Shown here: one piece after another, positions 10,481 to 25,560 of the stretch
How the letters are laid out: each line of letters starts with the position of its first letter
How positions within the stretch are numbered: position 1 is the first letter of the stretch
NCBI RefSeq assembly: GCF_009914755.1
Contig: NC_060944.1
Direction: 5' to 3' (one strand)
Length of the DNA stretch: 64,000 nucleotides
Source: the human T2T-CHM13v2.0 reference genome, Homo sapiens
Position numbers and translations under genes: made by a program
The notes under the pieces: generated by a model
Seen by the model: the letters and a program-made list of their open reading frames with translations, nothing else
Databases searched by the model: none
What the model was told of the DNA's origin: nothing

Positions 10481-13129
10481 CCTGCTCCACTCCAGGCTGA
10501 CGTGGTCTCCTTTCTGCAGGGCCAGGGCCAGGCCCTCAGCAAGGCTGCTGGGGAGTCTTGGGGACAGAGCTGCTGCCCTGGCTGGGGTGGCCTTGCAGGA
10601 GGGGCCCCGCCTGCTCTCCTTCCTGGGTAGGCTGAGTCTTGCTCTGTCCTGGCCAGTTTTAATAGCCTGAGGGCAGAGGGGAGGCAAAGGTGAACTCTAA
10701 TGAGCCATTGATTTCTCAACAGGAAGCCGGCTGTGGCCCCAGCGCATTTCCTCCTAATGGATGGGAAAGAAAATGTGAGGACAGCGGTGCCATGGCGTGG
10801 GGCCACCCTCGGGCACCTTGCTCATTCCCGCTGTCTGCACCTTCTGAGGCCCGAGGTGGACTTTTCGGGAGGCGGCCCAGGGTGAGAGAGTCTGTTTGTC
10901 CCATTCCAGCTCTCACCCCCAGCGTCCAGCAGGGTCTGGATCCCGCCATTTGCTCAGACGTTCAGGCTGCTTCTGTCCAGGGACGGGACCGTCACTCTGC
11001 TGTTCAAGGCAGACCTGAGAGCCACCTGGAGTCCCTCAGTGTGGCTTTTCCACTCTGACCCAAGGCAGGCCGCCTCTGCACACCTGCCCTGTCCACACTT
11101 AGGCAGAGCCCCCGTCACTTCTCCCTGGGTCACCGCAGATGCCTCTACCCGGGGCCTCTGCAGTTTACTGTCCCCATGGCATTGAGAACACTTTAAACCT
11201 GCAAGTCGGGCCATAATCTCTCTGCCTGCTGCCCCCACGGCTCCCCACCTGACTCAGAATGAGTGCCAGCGCCCCGGCCTTGGCCCCAGCCTGTGCCACA
11301 TGACTGCCCTTTGTCCTCTGGGTCCTCCCCCAACCTCCCCCTGCTCTGTGACCTGCAGACTGACCAGGTGGCCCACACCACAGGGCTCCCTTGCCTCTGG
11401 CTCTGGATGTGTCCCCCCAGTGGGGAGTCCCATTGGGAGGTCAGCAGGGGTGGTGTTGGAGTTCACCTGGTTCCTTTTTTGGGGGGTCGCCTGGGGCTGG
11501 CTGTGCCCTGGCCTCCTTTCTATCCTCCACTATAGGACCGTCTTTCCTGCCCCAGGGCCTTTGCACTGGCTGCTCCCATTGCCCGGACTGCTCCTTAACC
11601 CACTCCTCCGGCACTCAGTACACAGTGCAGCCAAGGGCTGCGTGAGGAAGTCTGGGGGAGGGAGGGGCAGGTTGTGCAAGAGAAACAGGAGCTTCCCTCA
11701 GGCCACATGGACCTGGGGCAGAATGGATCTCAGTGGAGATGTCAAGCTGGTGGCTGTCACTCAGAACCCAGAGCTTCGAGGAGGGGACTGAGCTGGAGGC
11801 AGATGTCAAGGGGGTGTCTTGGTTGATGTGTGTCCTGCAGTGTCACCTTGTCAGGGACACCTCTTCACCCCTCCCATCTACAGTGTGTGCTCCTGCTTCC
11901 CCCATGGATCCCTAAAGCAGCACATTATATTTTCATCACACAATCCTCATCATGCAATGATCATTCTTGGTGATTAGTGTTCAGCACTGCCTTTCGTCTT
12001 CCATTTTAACTACTGAATCTCAAGGGTCGAACACAATCCCAGCCTCATAATAAATGTTCAGTAGTGTTTGGCTAAATAAAATAATCAGTGAATACACAGT
12101 GTGCATTTAACACACACATACATTCATAGCCCTGTCCCACCTGTACACACTCACGCACCTGTGTGCATGAACACGCCCACCCTAGGATCCTTTCCTGATG
12201 GTGGGATTCTTGTGTCCAATGACGTGATACAGCTCCCTGGGAGGAGCTTCAAATGGTGCCCACCACAGAGCCAGTGCCCATCTTCACTGCCCCGTGGACA
12301 CCTGTGAATTCGAACCAGACATTTACCTAGACTCTCTCTCCCAGCAGGAGCATCGCCAGACCTCTGTGGATTTGTGCTTTATCCTTGTTTCTCTGCTCCG
12401 GGTGTCTGGGGAGGATTTATGGAGGAAACAACATAATGAGACCTGAGTGACTTAGAGCCTGGGGAGGTCGACCACAGCATCTTCAGAGGGAAGGAAATTC
12501 AGATGGCAATCGTCCCAGTGGATGACTTCACGTGGTTTCCCTGGGGAAGCCCCGCCCCCAGCTGCTCCTTCCCGAGGCCCTACCTGCCCTTCCAGGCCCA
12601 GCCCAGTCCTGCCTCTCCCAGGAGTCTCCTCTGAGCTCCTGGGTCACAGGGAAGGGTCTCCTCACAGCTCCTGAGGCAGCTCTGCCCGCCCACCCACTGG
12701 GGTTCATTTCTGGCCAGAGCTCCTCCCTCCTCCCCAGGGCCTCCTGTGGGGTCCTCAGAGAGCTGCTTGTCCCCCAAAGCTGTCCTTGGTGTCTTCTTAG
12801 CTGAGGACGGAGTGTTAAACACATCACAGACAGGACCATAGTATCCCACACTACGCCATAAAAGGAGAGTTACAACTTTCAACCTCTGTAAATATTTAAA
12901 AGTAATGAAATTATACTCCAAGTCTTATAAGACATTAATTGTATCAAGGGTCTCTTGTATAAAAATATGCATGTATACGTTAACACTATAAGTCTCTAGA
13001 ACCACAGATATGACACAAAATTAACATAGGTGCTAGAATAAATATTACAAGGTTTATTCACACTGGCTTAGCTTCTCTTTCTAGAGCTTAGGAGGCTGTT
13101 TGGGGATAATTTATCTATTTCGACTGTGC

Positions 13130-13370
13130 CAAAAGCTGGTGCAAAGCCTGGGCTTTGGGGCTGTGGGTGTGCACACAGCTGGGGTCAAGGGGAGGTTTGA
13201 TCTTCAGAGCTGAGCAACCTTGGGAGGAACACGAGCCCCTCTGCTGTCCGGGTTTCCTCATCTGTAAAATGGAATCATCCCAGGATTGTCTGGGGCTGCG
13301 GTGAAATCACACATGTGAATCATGTGAACAGTGGACTCAGGACCGAGTGACTTCTCATTAAATCAGAAGC
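13130..13370 (+). mobile_element. MIR SINE
   Basis: GTTTCCTCATCTGTAAAATGG core. Confidence 0.65.
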
Positions 13371-13533
13371 TTTCATCGTCACTCGTTTACACAAATACCC
13401 CCTTCCCCCAAAAGCATCCCCAAAGCCCCAGGCTCTGCCAAACTCCCAGGCAAGGGTGGCTTGGTAGATCGTCATAAACAGCTAACATCATAAAAATATG
13501 CTCCTAGACACGTTTTTTAAAAGTGTGTATTGA

Positions 13534-13844
<311 letters not shown>

Positions 13845-14160
13845 GTGTATTGATTACACAATAGGCTCCAATATAATACAAAGTTACATAGAGCAGATTA
13901 AAAATACAACTCTCTCTGGGCCATAAATTTGACTTAAAACTTGCACATAAGCTGGAAAAGACACTAAACATTTCATTAATGCTTATCTGCTGGGCCTCAG
14001 AATTTAGCTCTGTGGATGTGTTGCTTTCTGCTGCGTGATCCGGTTCCCTGTAGACACGTCTGTGGCACCCCCGCCCCACTTTGATCTGTGTTTCGAAATT
14101 TATAATTTACCTCCCACCTCCTGATGTGGTGCTTTCCGTCTGCTCAGGACTCCAGTGAGG

Positions 14161-14290
14161 TCATCCATTCAGTACGTATTCATTGAGCTCCCACTCTGTG
14201 CCAAGCAAGATTCCAGGCATCGGGGCGTGAAACGCTAGAAAAAAGACACAGATGAAATATAGTCTAATCAGGTGAGATAAAGACAGGAGG
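14161..14290 (-). mobile_element. L2 3' end
   Basis: CATTCAGTACGTATTCATTGAGCTCCCACTCTGTGCCAAGCA. Confidence 0.7.
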
Positions 14291-14349
14291 CAGGAGGAAA
14301 CGATGGGAGGAGGGAGTGAGGGAGGAAGGACAAGCGAATGCCAGTGAAT

Positions 14350-14545
14350 TGCCGGTTTGCTCATGCACTGTCATTAGACCTCACAGCAACCCTACCGTCA
14401 GTGCAAGTGCCGTTATGTGCGCTATTTTACAGATATGGAGACTGAGGCCCAGAGAGGTTAAAGTAACTGCCCAGAGACACCCAAGTAGGAAGTGGTGGGG
14501 GCATGAATTGAACCCAGGTCCACCTGAATTCAAAGCCTCTCACGG
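14350..14545 (-). mobile_element. MIR SINE
   Basis: ATTTTACAGATATGGAGACTGAGGCCCAGAGAGGTTAAAGTAACTGCCCA. Confidence 0.85.
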
Positions 14546-14859
14546 GTCTGGAATGAAGGAAGGACGGAATGAATGAGTGAACGAATGAATGAATTCTGGA
14601 GTGAACGCATGAGCAAATACATATCACTGTCAAGTCCCTGCACATCAGGATTCCATGATAACTCTTCAAACCCAAGGAAGGGTCCAAGCCTCTCTCTACC
14701 TCTCCCTCTCCCCTACTTTCTCATTCCCAAGAATTATTTAGGATCCAGATCAAGAAACCTGGCCCTCTTCTGCTCCTCTCCCCGCTGCAGATGGCATTTT
14801 GCCTGGCCTGCTGGGGCAGCCCCCAAACCGCTCTGCCTGATTCCGCCTTCACTTTCCCC

Positions 14860-15420
14860 AGGCCATTCTTCACTTACTAACAGAGGACTCCTTGAAGACC
14901 TGAGGCCGACCGTGCCCTCCCCTGCTCAGAGCACTCCAGGACTCCCACCTCACTCAGAACAAAAGCCAAAGTCCTTACAGAGGACCCCAAGGCCCAGTGA
15001 GATTTGCCCACCACTTTCTACAACCCCAGCTCCTTCCCCTTGCCCCCTCGCCCTCTCAGCCACTGTGGCCTCCTCGCCCTTCCTCTGCCACACCAGACAC
15101 TGGCTCGCCCACTGTGCAGTCCTGGCCTTGTTCTTTCCTCTGCCTGGAAGTTCCTTCCCCAGGCATCCTGCTGTCAGCTCCCCCAGTTCTTGGCTTAAGT
15201 GTCTCCTCCTCTGTGAAGCCCACCCTGACTACCTCATTTCTAATGGCAGCCTCACCCCCACATTTTGTACTTTATTTTTCTCTTAGCACTTGTGACCATC
15301 TGACATCTGCTTATGTATCTCAATGGCTGTCTGTCTCTTCCTCAAATACAATGTCAGCTCAAGAGGGCAGGGATTTTTATTTTCCAGTCCTCCCTGTATT
15401 CTCCCTTCCTAGAATCCCTT
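14860..15420 (+). mobile_element. L2 LINE
   Basis: CCCTGCTCAGAGCACTCCAGGACTCCCACCTCACTCAGAACAAAAGCCAAAGTCCTTAC. Confidence 0.75.
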
Positions 15421-15428
15421 TCATATCA

Positions 15429-15801
<373 letters not shown>

Positions 15802-16174
15802 CTAAGGGCCTGCCTCTGTCCAACATACACTCATGGGCATGGTGTGTCAACGAGGCCCAGGCTTGCTGAGGACCCAACGCTAATGGCATTTGCTAACGGC
15901 TCCAGGCCTCACGTCTCTATGTTTCACCTAATTTCTGTGAGCATCGTTTCTCTACATGATCGACCCACGCCTCATTCTGTAAGCCCCTCATTGGGATAAA
16001 CTGGGTCCTCAGAACCTGGAAGTTCATTCAGGCAATGGAGGTCTTCTGCATCTCATCTGTCTGCAGAGTTCCCAGGACCGGGCTGGGAAGACAGGGGTTA
16101 TTGTGTGTCCTGCTCACTCTGGACACTGAGCACACGGAGCTGGGGCTGGTCTACCGTGGGTGCTGGCTACATAT

Positions 16175-16720
16175 TTAGGTTTGAAAGGGTCTAAAAGAGA
16201 TAAACAGCAGCTGAGGACAGGTACCAGGATTGGGTGCAGGGGAGCTGTTGGAGCTGAGACATGAAGGATGAGACACAGCCACCAGAAGAAGATGTGGGAA
16301 ACAGCGAGTGCCTAGGTCTCGGGGCAGGAGTGAGCAAGGGGAGCTGGAAGAACAGCAAGGAGGCCCCTGTGGTTGAGGGAGCCAGGGGAGAGTCTGAGAG
16401 GCTGCCAGGGGCCAGGTTATGCAAGATATTGGAAGCCATGAAAGGGAGCTTGGATTTTCTTCCAAGGGCAATAGGGAGCCATTGAGAATTTCCGAGCAGG
16501 AGGATCACATGATTTGATTTACATTTTTAAACGCTCATTTCAGCTGCCGGGATGAGCATGGATGGAGGGAAGCCTGATTGGACAGCAGAGACCACGGATG
16601 AAGCTGCTGTGACTATCCAGGAGGCCAAGATGGATGAGGGGCTCTGTCCAGTGAGGCATCTGGGGGGCTCAGGCACACTTTGGAGATAGGCTCGGCATTC
16701 CTGCTTGGCTGGATGGACTC
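16175..16720 (-). mobile_element. L2 LINE
   Basis: GAACAGCAAGGAGGCCCCTGTGG..GGGCAATAGGGAGCCATTG..ATGATTTGATTTACATTTT. Confidence 0.75.
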
Positions 16721-17374
16721 TACGTTAAGGCTTAGGAACAGAGCCCCTGCTGACACTGAGGTATAGCCATGTCTGGTAATTCTCTTGCTCCTGGGACATA
16801 TTCACTGAGCGACCTCACAGGAAGGAGAGGTGGTTGGACCTGTGCCCTCTCCAAAATGCCACCACGACACAGTCCTAATGGCCCCTAAACTCCAGACTTC
16901 CCAGATGCATCCAATGGGGTATTTGCCCCTGGGCCTTCCCGTGGGGTCTCCCTTCTCCTTCTCTGAGGAAGCTTCCACCTGGAGTTTGCAGAGGGCCATA
17001 AAGCTCATGTTTATTCTGCTGATTTATATAAATGACTTTCCTTTCACAAGCACGCCCATCAGCACTGAGCATGTCCACATTAATTGGGCTGGAGGAGGAA
17101 AATTAAGTGCTTCAATTTGCCATTTTTCAAGATGAAAAATGGGAAAGGAGAAAATCACTCAAGTGAGAGGGAAGGAGCTGTGAGTGTTGAAACCCACTTC
17201 GAGGAGAGGCAGAGGCTGCGCTGAGGGGAACAGACTCCTGTAGGGAGCAGCCCTGGACGAAGGAAGGAGGTGATGAGGTCAGAGCCCACAGCAGCCCCAG
17301 CAGCCCTTCATGGACCTCAAGTGTTTAAACATAGTAAAGCACATTTGCTCCTGGCTGTCCTGTAGGGTAGCATT

Positions 17375-18250
17375 TCCTGAACCCTGAGTCAGATGGGGTC
17401 CTAAAGTTGCAAGGACAGAAAATCCAACCCCAACAGACTTAAGCAAAAAGGGAATAGATAGCTTTGGGAGGCCGAGGAGGGTGGATCACTTGAGGTTAGG
17501 AGTTCAAGACCAGCTTGGTCAATGTGGCAAAACCCTGTCTCTACCAAAAATACAAAAATTAGCTTGGCATGGTGGTGTGCAGCTGTAATCCCAGCTACTC
17601 GGGAGGCCAAGGCAGGAGAATCGCTTGAACCTAGGGGTGGGGGCTGCAATGAGCCAAGATCATGTCATTGCACTCCAGCCTGGGTTACAGAGTGAGACTC
17701 CATCTCAAAAAAAAAAAAAAAAAAAAAAAAAAGGAAAAGGAATAATGGACTCAAAGAACTGAAAAGCTTTGAGGGTTAGTCCAGTGTCAGGTAGAGCTTG
17801 ATCTAGGGACCCAGACACTTTCTCCCACCCCTCCAGGGCTGCTGTCTCCTCTTCCTTTGCTTGTGGAGAGATTCCACCTACCAGCTCAGCAGCCCCAGGG
17901 AAAGACCTTCTCTTCCTGGCGGCCCCTGAGGACTTCGCAGGATTCACCTGATTGGACGCGACTTGCCATGTGTCCATCTCTGATCTAAACACTGGGGTCA
18001 AGGTGGCAGGATTTGCTCACAGCCAGGGCCACTCCCTCAGGTGACTTGGTACGAGTAAGAAAGGGATGCCCCTTCCTTTCAGGAGAAGCAGCCTGTGCCA
18101 GGACATAAGTCTGTACCTGGTGATTCTGAATATGCCAGTTCACAGACCTGGATCTTGTCCCTTGCATGGAGCTGGGTGTGGGGCCCACCCACCTACAGCA
18201 CATGAACCAAGAGTGGAGGATGGAGGTTTCCCAAAGGACAATCAAGGTGC
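17375..18250 (-). mobile_element. Old MaLR LTR (MLT1K-like), split by an Alu
   Basis: AGTTGCAAGGACAGAAAATCCAACCCCAACAGACTTAAGCAAAAAGGG|..CTGATTGGACGCGACTTG. Confidence 0.6.
17461..17732 (+). mobile_element. AluS, 5'-truncated
   Basis: Starts at CTTTGGGAGGCCGAGG; full right arm and poly-A. Confidence 0.92.
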
Positions 18251-18398
18251 TGTGCCCAGGAGGCAGAGCTCATTCATTCATTGCCTGTTTAGAAAATGCT
18301 TACTATGTGCAGTGAAGAAAGAGCTTAGAGCCTCGTTTGGGGATTGTCTTCATCTGTTTTCTGCTGTTATTACAGAATACTACAGATTGGGTGATTTA

Positions 18399-18836
<438 letters not shown>

Positions 18837-19012
18837 TCATACGGTGAGGAAGCACACGCATGAGACAGAGAGAAAAAGGGGCTGGACTCTGGCAGTAACT
18901 CAGCCTTTCTGTGATAACAGCATCAATCCATTTGTGAGGGCAAATCCCTCATGACCTAGTCACTTCTTAAGGGTCTCACCTCTTAATACTATCAGAATAA
19001 CAATTAAATTTC

Positions 19013-19319
19013 TTTTTTTTTTTTTTTTTTGAGACAAGGTCTCACTCTGTTGCCCAGGCTGGAGTGCAGTGGCACAATCTCTACTCACTGTAACTTTGAC
19101 CTCCTAGGCTCAAGCAATCCTCCCACCTCAGGGTCCCAAGTATCAGGGACCCACAGGTGTGTGCCATCATGCTCGGCCAATTTTTTAACTTTTTAAAAGA
19201 GACAGGGTCTCACTATATTGCCTAGGTTGGTCTGGAACTCCTGGGCTCCCACCTGGAGCTCCTCCCACCTTGGCCTCCCAAAGTGCTGGAATCACAGGCA
19301 TGAGCCACTGCACCCAGCT
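19013..19319 (-). mobile_element. AluJ
   Basis: Poly-T then GAGACAAGGTCTCACTCTG; TSD (A/G)CAATTAAATTTC. Confidence 0.93.
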
Positions 19320-20379
19320 GGCAATTAAATTTCAACATGAGTTTTGACAGGGATATCCAAAACACAGCAGGGGTATAGACAAAAATAATCAATGAACTTA
19401 TTAGTTATATAATATTCACGACAGCAGTGTTGTGGAGAAACGTAAAGCAGGACGGGAGGACAGGGCATGCAGTGTCAGATGGGGTGGCCTGGGAGGCCTC
19501 ACAGACAAGGTGACATTTGAGCAAAACTTGAAGGAGATAAGTCCTGTGGATGTTTCAGAAAATAGAAATCCCAGAAGAAAAGCAGGTGCAAAGGTCCTGG
19601 GGCCGAAGATGAGTTGGCCCAAGCCAGTGTGACGGGGCAGATCCTGCAGGCCCTTGTGGGCCATTAGAAGGAATTTGACTTCTGCTTTATCTGCCATGAA
19701 AAGCCCCTGGGGGTTCTGAGAAGAAAAGAGACATGATCCGTGTTCTAATCGAATTGCTCAGATTGCTGTATGAGATTAGTTTGTCATGGGGAGGGTGGAA
19801 GCAGGAGGTCAGTGAGGAGGGGACTGCAATTGTCCAGGAGACAGGGGACATGGCTCTGGACTTGGGTGGTGGCAATGGTAATGAGAAGCAGTTGGATCCT
19901 GGATTTAATCAGGAAGCAGACCATAAAGGGTTTGTATCCCGGGTAGGCAAAGGTAGCAAATGGCCCCTACAAGTGGTGAACCAACTAGATACTGATCAAA
20001 AGCAGGCAATCTCTCTGTTTAAAGGTGACCCATTTCCTGTATACTCGTCTCCTCCCTCATGTCCCTCAGGTGTCATCAGGGAGTTCCGTGCTCCTTGTCT
20101 AGAGCCACCTGACTGTGGATAGCTCAGCCAATTGGGTGGGACCTGTGTGATCCATGGAAAGAGATGGATGTTGTGAGCTGGGTGCTGAGGCTCCTCGTGG
20201 TACCCTGAACCCAGAGCCATGCTGGAGGCAGGGAAGTGGCACAGCTCCGCTCCTCCTGGACAAGATGCTTAGCAGTCCCTGGTCCCCAGATGCAGAGGAC
20301 AGAGCCTTCATAAAGCAGCCTTCTCTTCTGTGGATCAGCCTGGTCCCACCTTTTAGGTGACCCAAGGGAAAACTCTGAG

Positions 20380-21370
20380 CTCTGTTAGGATTCTTGCAAA
20401 AACTCAATTCAAACAGACTTAAGTGAAACAAGAAAACCTCCCAGCCCATGTAATGAAGTCAGGCGTATTGGGCTTCTGACCCAGCTGGCTCCAGGGCTCC
20501 AACAATCTGGCCACGACGCAGTCTGTCTCCACTTCTGGGCTCCGCTGTCCTCTGTGTTGGCTTCACTCCCAAGTAGGTAGTCTCCACAGGGGACCATGAC
20601 GACCGCCGGCAGCTCTTGGCTTCCATCCCCCAGCTCAGCAGTCCCGGAGCACAGAGAACGTCTCTTTCCCAGAGTCAGCAAAGCCCCAGGGCATGCTCCC
20701 ATTGGCCCATTGTGGTCACATGTCTGTGACAGGCCACAGAACGGCCCCCACGAAAGGTGTCCACGTCAAATACCTGGAACCTGCGGTGCCCACGTAGGGC
20801 AAAGATGTGGCTAAGCTAAGGATCTTGAGACGAGGACATGATTCTGGATTATTTCGAGTGGACCCTAAATACTGTCATGGGTCCTTATTAGAGGGAAGAG
20901 GAGAAGACAGAGGAGGAGGCAATGTGGCCACAGTAGCAGAGACTGGAGCATTGTGGCCACAAGCCAAGGAATGCCCGCAGCCACCTGAAGCTGGAAAAGG
21001 CAAAGAACAGAGAGGCAAAGTGGGGCAAAGTCCCCACCCCCTGAGCCTCCAGAGAGAGCCGTGGCCACCCTGACTTCAGGTTTCCCACCTTAGGGCTGTG
21101 AGATGTGAATTTCTTTGTTGTGGGCTGCACCGTTTGTGGTAATTTGTCATAGTGGCCACAGGAAACAATGTCCCTCCCACTTCCAATCAGAGTCCAGTAG
21201 GATGGAGCGTTCTGTATGGTCTCCCTGGGGTCACACATCCCCCCAGCCCAGTGCTGGGTCAGCCCCACCCGGTCCACACCACGGCTCAGCATGAGGCTGA
21301 CCAAGTCCATAAGGGAAGGTCAAAGGTGGGCGGGAAGGACACATCCAGACAGAAATCATGGATGCTGCCG
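20380..21370 (-). mobile_element. Old MaLR LTR (MLT1K-like) split by MLT1C/D
   Basis: AAACTCAATTCAAACAGACTTAAG..CATTGGCCCATTGTGGTCACATGTC|CC..CCAATCA. Confidence 0.55.
20725..21167 (+). mobile_element. MaLR solo LTR, MLT1C/MLT1D-like
   Basis: GGCCACAAGCCAAGGAATGCCCGCAGCCACCTGAAGCTGGAAAAGGCAA; perfect 5-bp TSD ATGTC at 20720-20724/21168-21172. Confidence 0.85.
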
Positions 21371-21929
21371 TGGCTCCTTCTCCCAGAGCAGGAAACTGAA
21401 TCTGAGAGGTGGGAGATACTTCACCAGGGTCATGGAGCTCAAACTGGCCAGGAAAAGCTTTCAGCCCAGGGCTTCACGCCCAGCTCCAGGGCAGGGCATA
21501 TCCAATCTTCCATCTGTAACACCCTGAGAAGTTCCCAGGAGGCACTGAGTCATGGGTGAGGCCTGTCTCGGGGCCATACCCCTTGTCTCAATAAGATCAG
21601 CCTCATATGTATTCCCCAAAAGCAATCTGTGTAATAAGGAGCAGCCCAGGAGGCCCTTCTCTCCACACCCCTCATTCTCCAAGGGCGGCTGACACCCATT
21701 AGTGCTCCATCCCCCAGTTTGGAAAACACAAATGTGCAGCGTGGAATGCAACTCACTGAGCAGGCTGCCCTCCTCCTCCCCAACTAGACTGAGAGGACTG
21801 CAGTGGCATGGGGGGTGGTGCTGGGGGAGGAGGAGGTGGGGGAGAGTGGGAGGGACCCTGCCAGGAGGGCTCAGCTTCCCTCTGTTCTCTGCCAGGGCCC
21901 CGAGGTTCCCCTCTATCATGCTGGGGTGC

Positions 21930-22680
21930 AAATTCACACATCCCCACCAATGTGCCTGTGTGCATGCCCAAGCACACAGCCACAGGGACACTGGTAGACA
22001 TACACATGTGAGCACAAACCCACATGTGTGTGCAAAGCCTGTCTACAACACATGCCTGTACCTGCACACACGTACACTCCACCACATACGTACACACGCA
22101 GAGCCTTTCCCGCCATCTCACCCACAGGCGCACACCCCCTGAAACAGCTGAATGCAAATGCCCCACTCTCTACACAGACCCCACAGACACAGGCCACATC
22201 ACTCATTCCGAGACCAGACAGCCTGGGTCCAACCCCCAGCTTCACCACTTCTGAACCTGTGATTTGGGTCACGTGGTTTAACCCTTGTGAGCCTCAGTTT
22301 CCTCCAACCTAAGAAATAATCTCAGATAAAGCCGTCATGGGGGTTGCGTGAGTTAATGCATGGAAAGTGCTTAGAAGAATGGCTGGCAAGCAACAGGCAT
22401 GAGACAAATATGAGCCCCAAGCACACAGCCCCAGTGCATGTCCACACGCTTCCACATATGCACACGTGGGCACCCACATGCATGCACCTGCGTGGATACC
22501 TGGCCCAGGCACCACACACGGAGATGAACATTCACATGTATACGAATAGGTTAGGCCCCCAAACAGTGTACTGTGCCTGTGCATAGTACTCGTGCATCAG
22601 CATCCCCACCCACCCACCCACAGATCTGTGCCCGTAAGTATATGTCCCCACCTGCACACACACCCCTCCTGTTCTCAGAC
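21930..22680 (+). repeat. CA/TG-rich low-complexity region flanking a MIR (~22200-22400)
   Basis: Dense CACAC/ACATG/TGTG words; MIR core GAGCCTCAGTTTCCTC. Confidence 0.6.
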
Positions 22681-23999
22681 ATGGCCAACTCCTTCATCCC
22701 CTCCCTCTTGGCCCAATCACAGTGTCTTTCAGATCTGGGCCTTATCAGAAGCCCCAGTCAGAGGAAGGTGGCTACTCCTGGCTGAGCTCATGAAGGACAG
22801 GCTCCCCTCATCCAGTCCCAACACCATCACTCTGAGGAACTTTCTCGGATGCTCTTTGTGGACTCAGAGACTCATGGAACATTTGTGCTGGAAGGGCCCT
22901 TACCTGATCAGGTCTCGAGTTGTAAAGATGGGGAGACTGTGCCCCAGGGAGGGGCACCCCCTTGTCCATGGTCACCCAGGGTGCAAGTGCCCAGAACCCA
23001 CCTGGCAGCCACTGGGCTGGGTCTCCAGAAGGTGTCAAGTGAAACTTAATGGGTTGATGATTGGAGTGACTGGGAGACGGTGCTGTCCCATCAATGCCCC
23101 CATGATGCGGGGAGGAAATTGAGGCTCTGAGAGGCTCTCACTCACCCACCCAGGACTCAAACCCAGCTGCACTACTTTCTATTTCAAGAAAGCATGGCAG
23201 GGCCTCCCCTGTCCCTGCAGGCTGGCTGGACATCGGCAAGAGATAGGTGGCTGAGGCAGTGTGGGTGGTGGGGTGAGAAGCCAGGGCCATCCCCAGGCCT
23301 GGGCATTATGCTGGGGACATCACCACACCTGCAGGGCCAGAAGTGAGAGCAGCAGTCGGCCTCAAATCCAGGTCTGAGAGCTGGAATGAGACCAAATTAC
23401 GCCTGAGCAGGGCTTCCCCAGGGCAGGAAGGTGGTGGTGCTGGGGTCAACGGCAGGCCCTGGGGGCTCAGATATTTTAGCTGAGAGTATGTGTGTACTGG
23501 TGTGCAAATGTGTGCGTGTGGAGGGTATAATGGGCTGGTGGGGTCCTGGGTTGTGTTCGAAATGTCTGTATGTGAGTAGGGTACAGATATTGTATGACCA
23601 ACCACAGTGTGTGCACAGGGATTGAATGAGGCTTCTAATGTTGACATGCTTTATTTTCCTGTCGCATACCATTCCCTGCGGCATTTACTTTTCCAGACCT
23701 GCACAATCTCCAAGGCTGGTGAAATGCCACCAACTAGATATTCACCAAGGCCTGCCTGATGCCAGGCTCTTGGGGAAAGAGAATTAATTCTCCTTCACTG
23801 TTCACTGTCTGGGTCAACTCCTCATGGCCAACTGCACAAGAAAGAACAAGGGTCTACAGTCTCCTGCCCTGTTTCCTGCCTCCATCTCCTGCTTAAGCAC
23901 CTTCTCACCCCAAGAATAGATAGCCACAAGGCATGAAGCTCAACAGCTCCAAAGAGATTTGAGCAAGCAGGACTGAAGACTCCCTATTTCACATAAATT

Positions 24000-24570
<571 letters not shown>

Positions 24571-24616
24571 TCTTCAAATTCTTACGCAAGAGCCCATGTT
24601 TAAGAACAGCCAAGGA

Positions 24617-24910
24617 GACCAGGTGCGGTGGCTCACGCCTGTAATCCCAGCACTTTGGGAGGTGGAGGTGGGCAGATCACCTGAGGTCAGGAGTTCGAGA
24701 CCAGCTTGGCCAACATGTCGAAACCCCGTCTCTACTAAAAATACAAAAATTAGTGAGGTGTGGTGGCATACGCCTGTAATCCCAGCTACTCAGGAGGCTG
24801 AGGCGGGAGAATCGCTTGAACCCAGGAGGCAGAGGTTACAGTGGGCCGAGTTGCCAAGCACTCCAGCACGGGCAACAAAAGCAGAAACTCCATCTCAAAA
24901 AAAAAAAAAA
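24617..24910 (+). mobile_element. AluS
   Basis: Full dimer; TSD AAGAACAGCCAA. Confidence 0.95.
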
Positions 24911-25339
24911 AGAACAGCCAAAAAAAAAACAAGATGGAATCAACTAGGGGCGGGACCACTGGTCTTAAGTGATTTCAGAGCCACTGTAAGCAAATCCATA
25001 CGGTCCTGATGTTGGAACAATCAAACAGAACCAAGCATAGCAAAATATAACTCCAGAATAAAGTCCCAGGAAAGATGAAACATTAATATTCTTGCCAGAC
25101 AGTGGGCTATACGGGGGTGATGAAGCAGGGTCCTCTCCCTTGAGGGGTGCCCGGTCCAGGCAGACAAGCCTGTCAACGGATCATCTCAATATGGGTGCTA
25201 TGTGCTAATCGAGTGGTCTGTGGAGTGTTAAAGCCTGGATGTTAAAAAGTGCATCCTCCCTGAGGTCAGGGACCATGGCTGTATCCTTCAAGTCTAGCCA
25301 TGGGCCATGCCCACCTGGCACTGAGGACACATCGGTGGA

Positions 25340-25560
25340 AGCACAGCCTGGCGCAGAAGGAGTCAGTGTAGAAGACAGACTCCTGGATTAGTTTCTAACT
25401 GGAGGACATGGGGAAAGTTATTCCACTTCTCTGTGTCTGTTACTTCATTTTTAAGATAAAAAATGCTGGTAAATAGAATCTGCCTCAAATAGCTATTAGG
25501 GTGTTTAATGACATAATAAATTGATTATTCCTGCTAGAGTAGTAAGAACAACTCCATAAA
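25340..25560 (+). mobile_element. MIR SINE
   Basis: ATGGGGAAAGTTATTCCACTTCTCTGTGTCTGTTACTTCATTTTTAAGAT. Confidence 0.6.

Noticed and set aside
14573-15286. Longest ORF (237 aa)
   Set aside because: Lies mostly in an L2 relic; Pro/Ser/Leu-rich, with no recognisable domain or exon structure
21461-22790. Cluster of overlapping His/Cys/Thr-rich ORFs
   Set aside because: Result of CA/TG-rich low-complexity sequence that lacks stop codons
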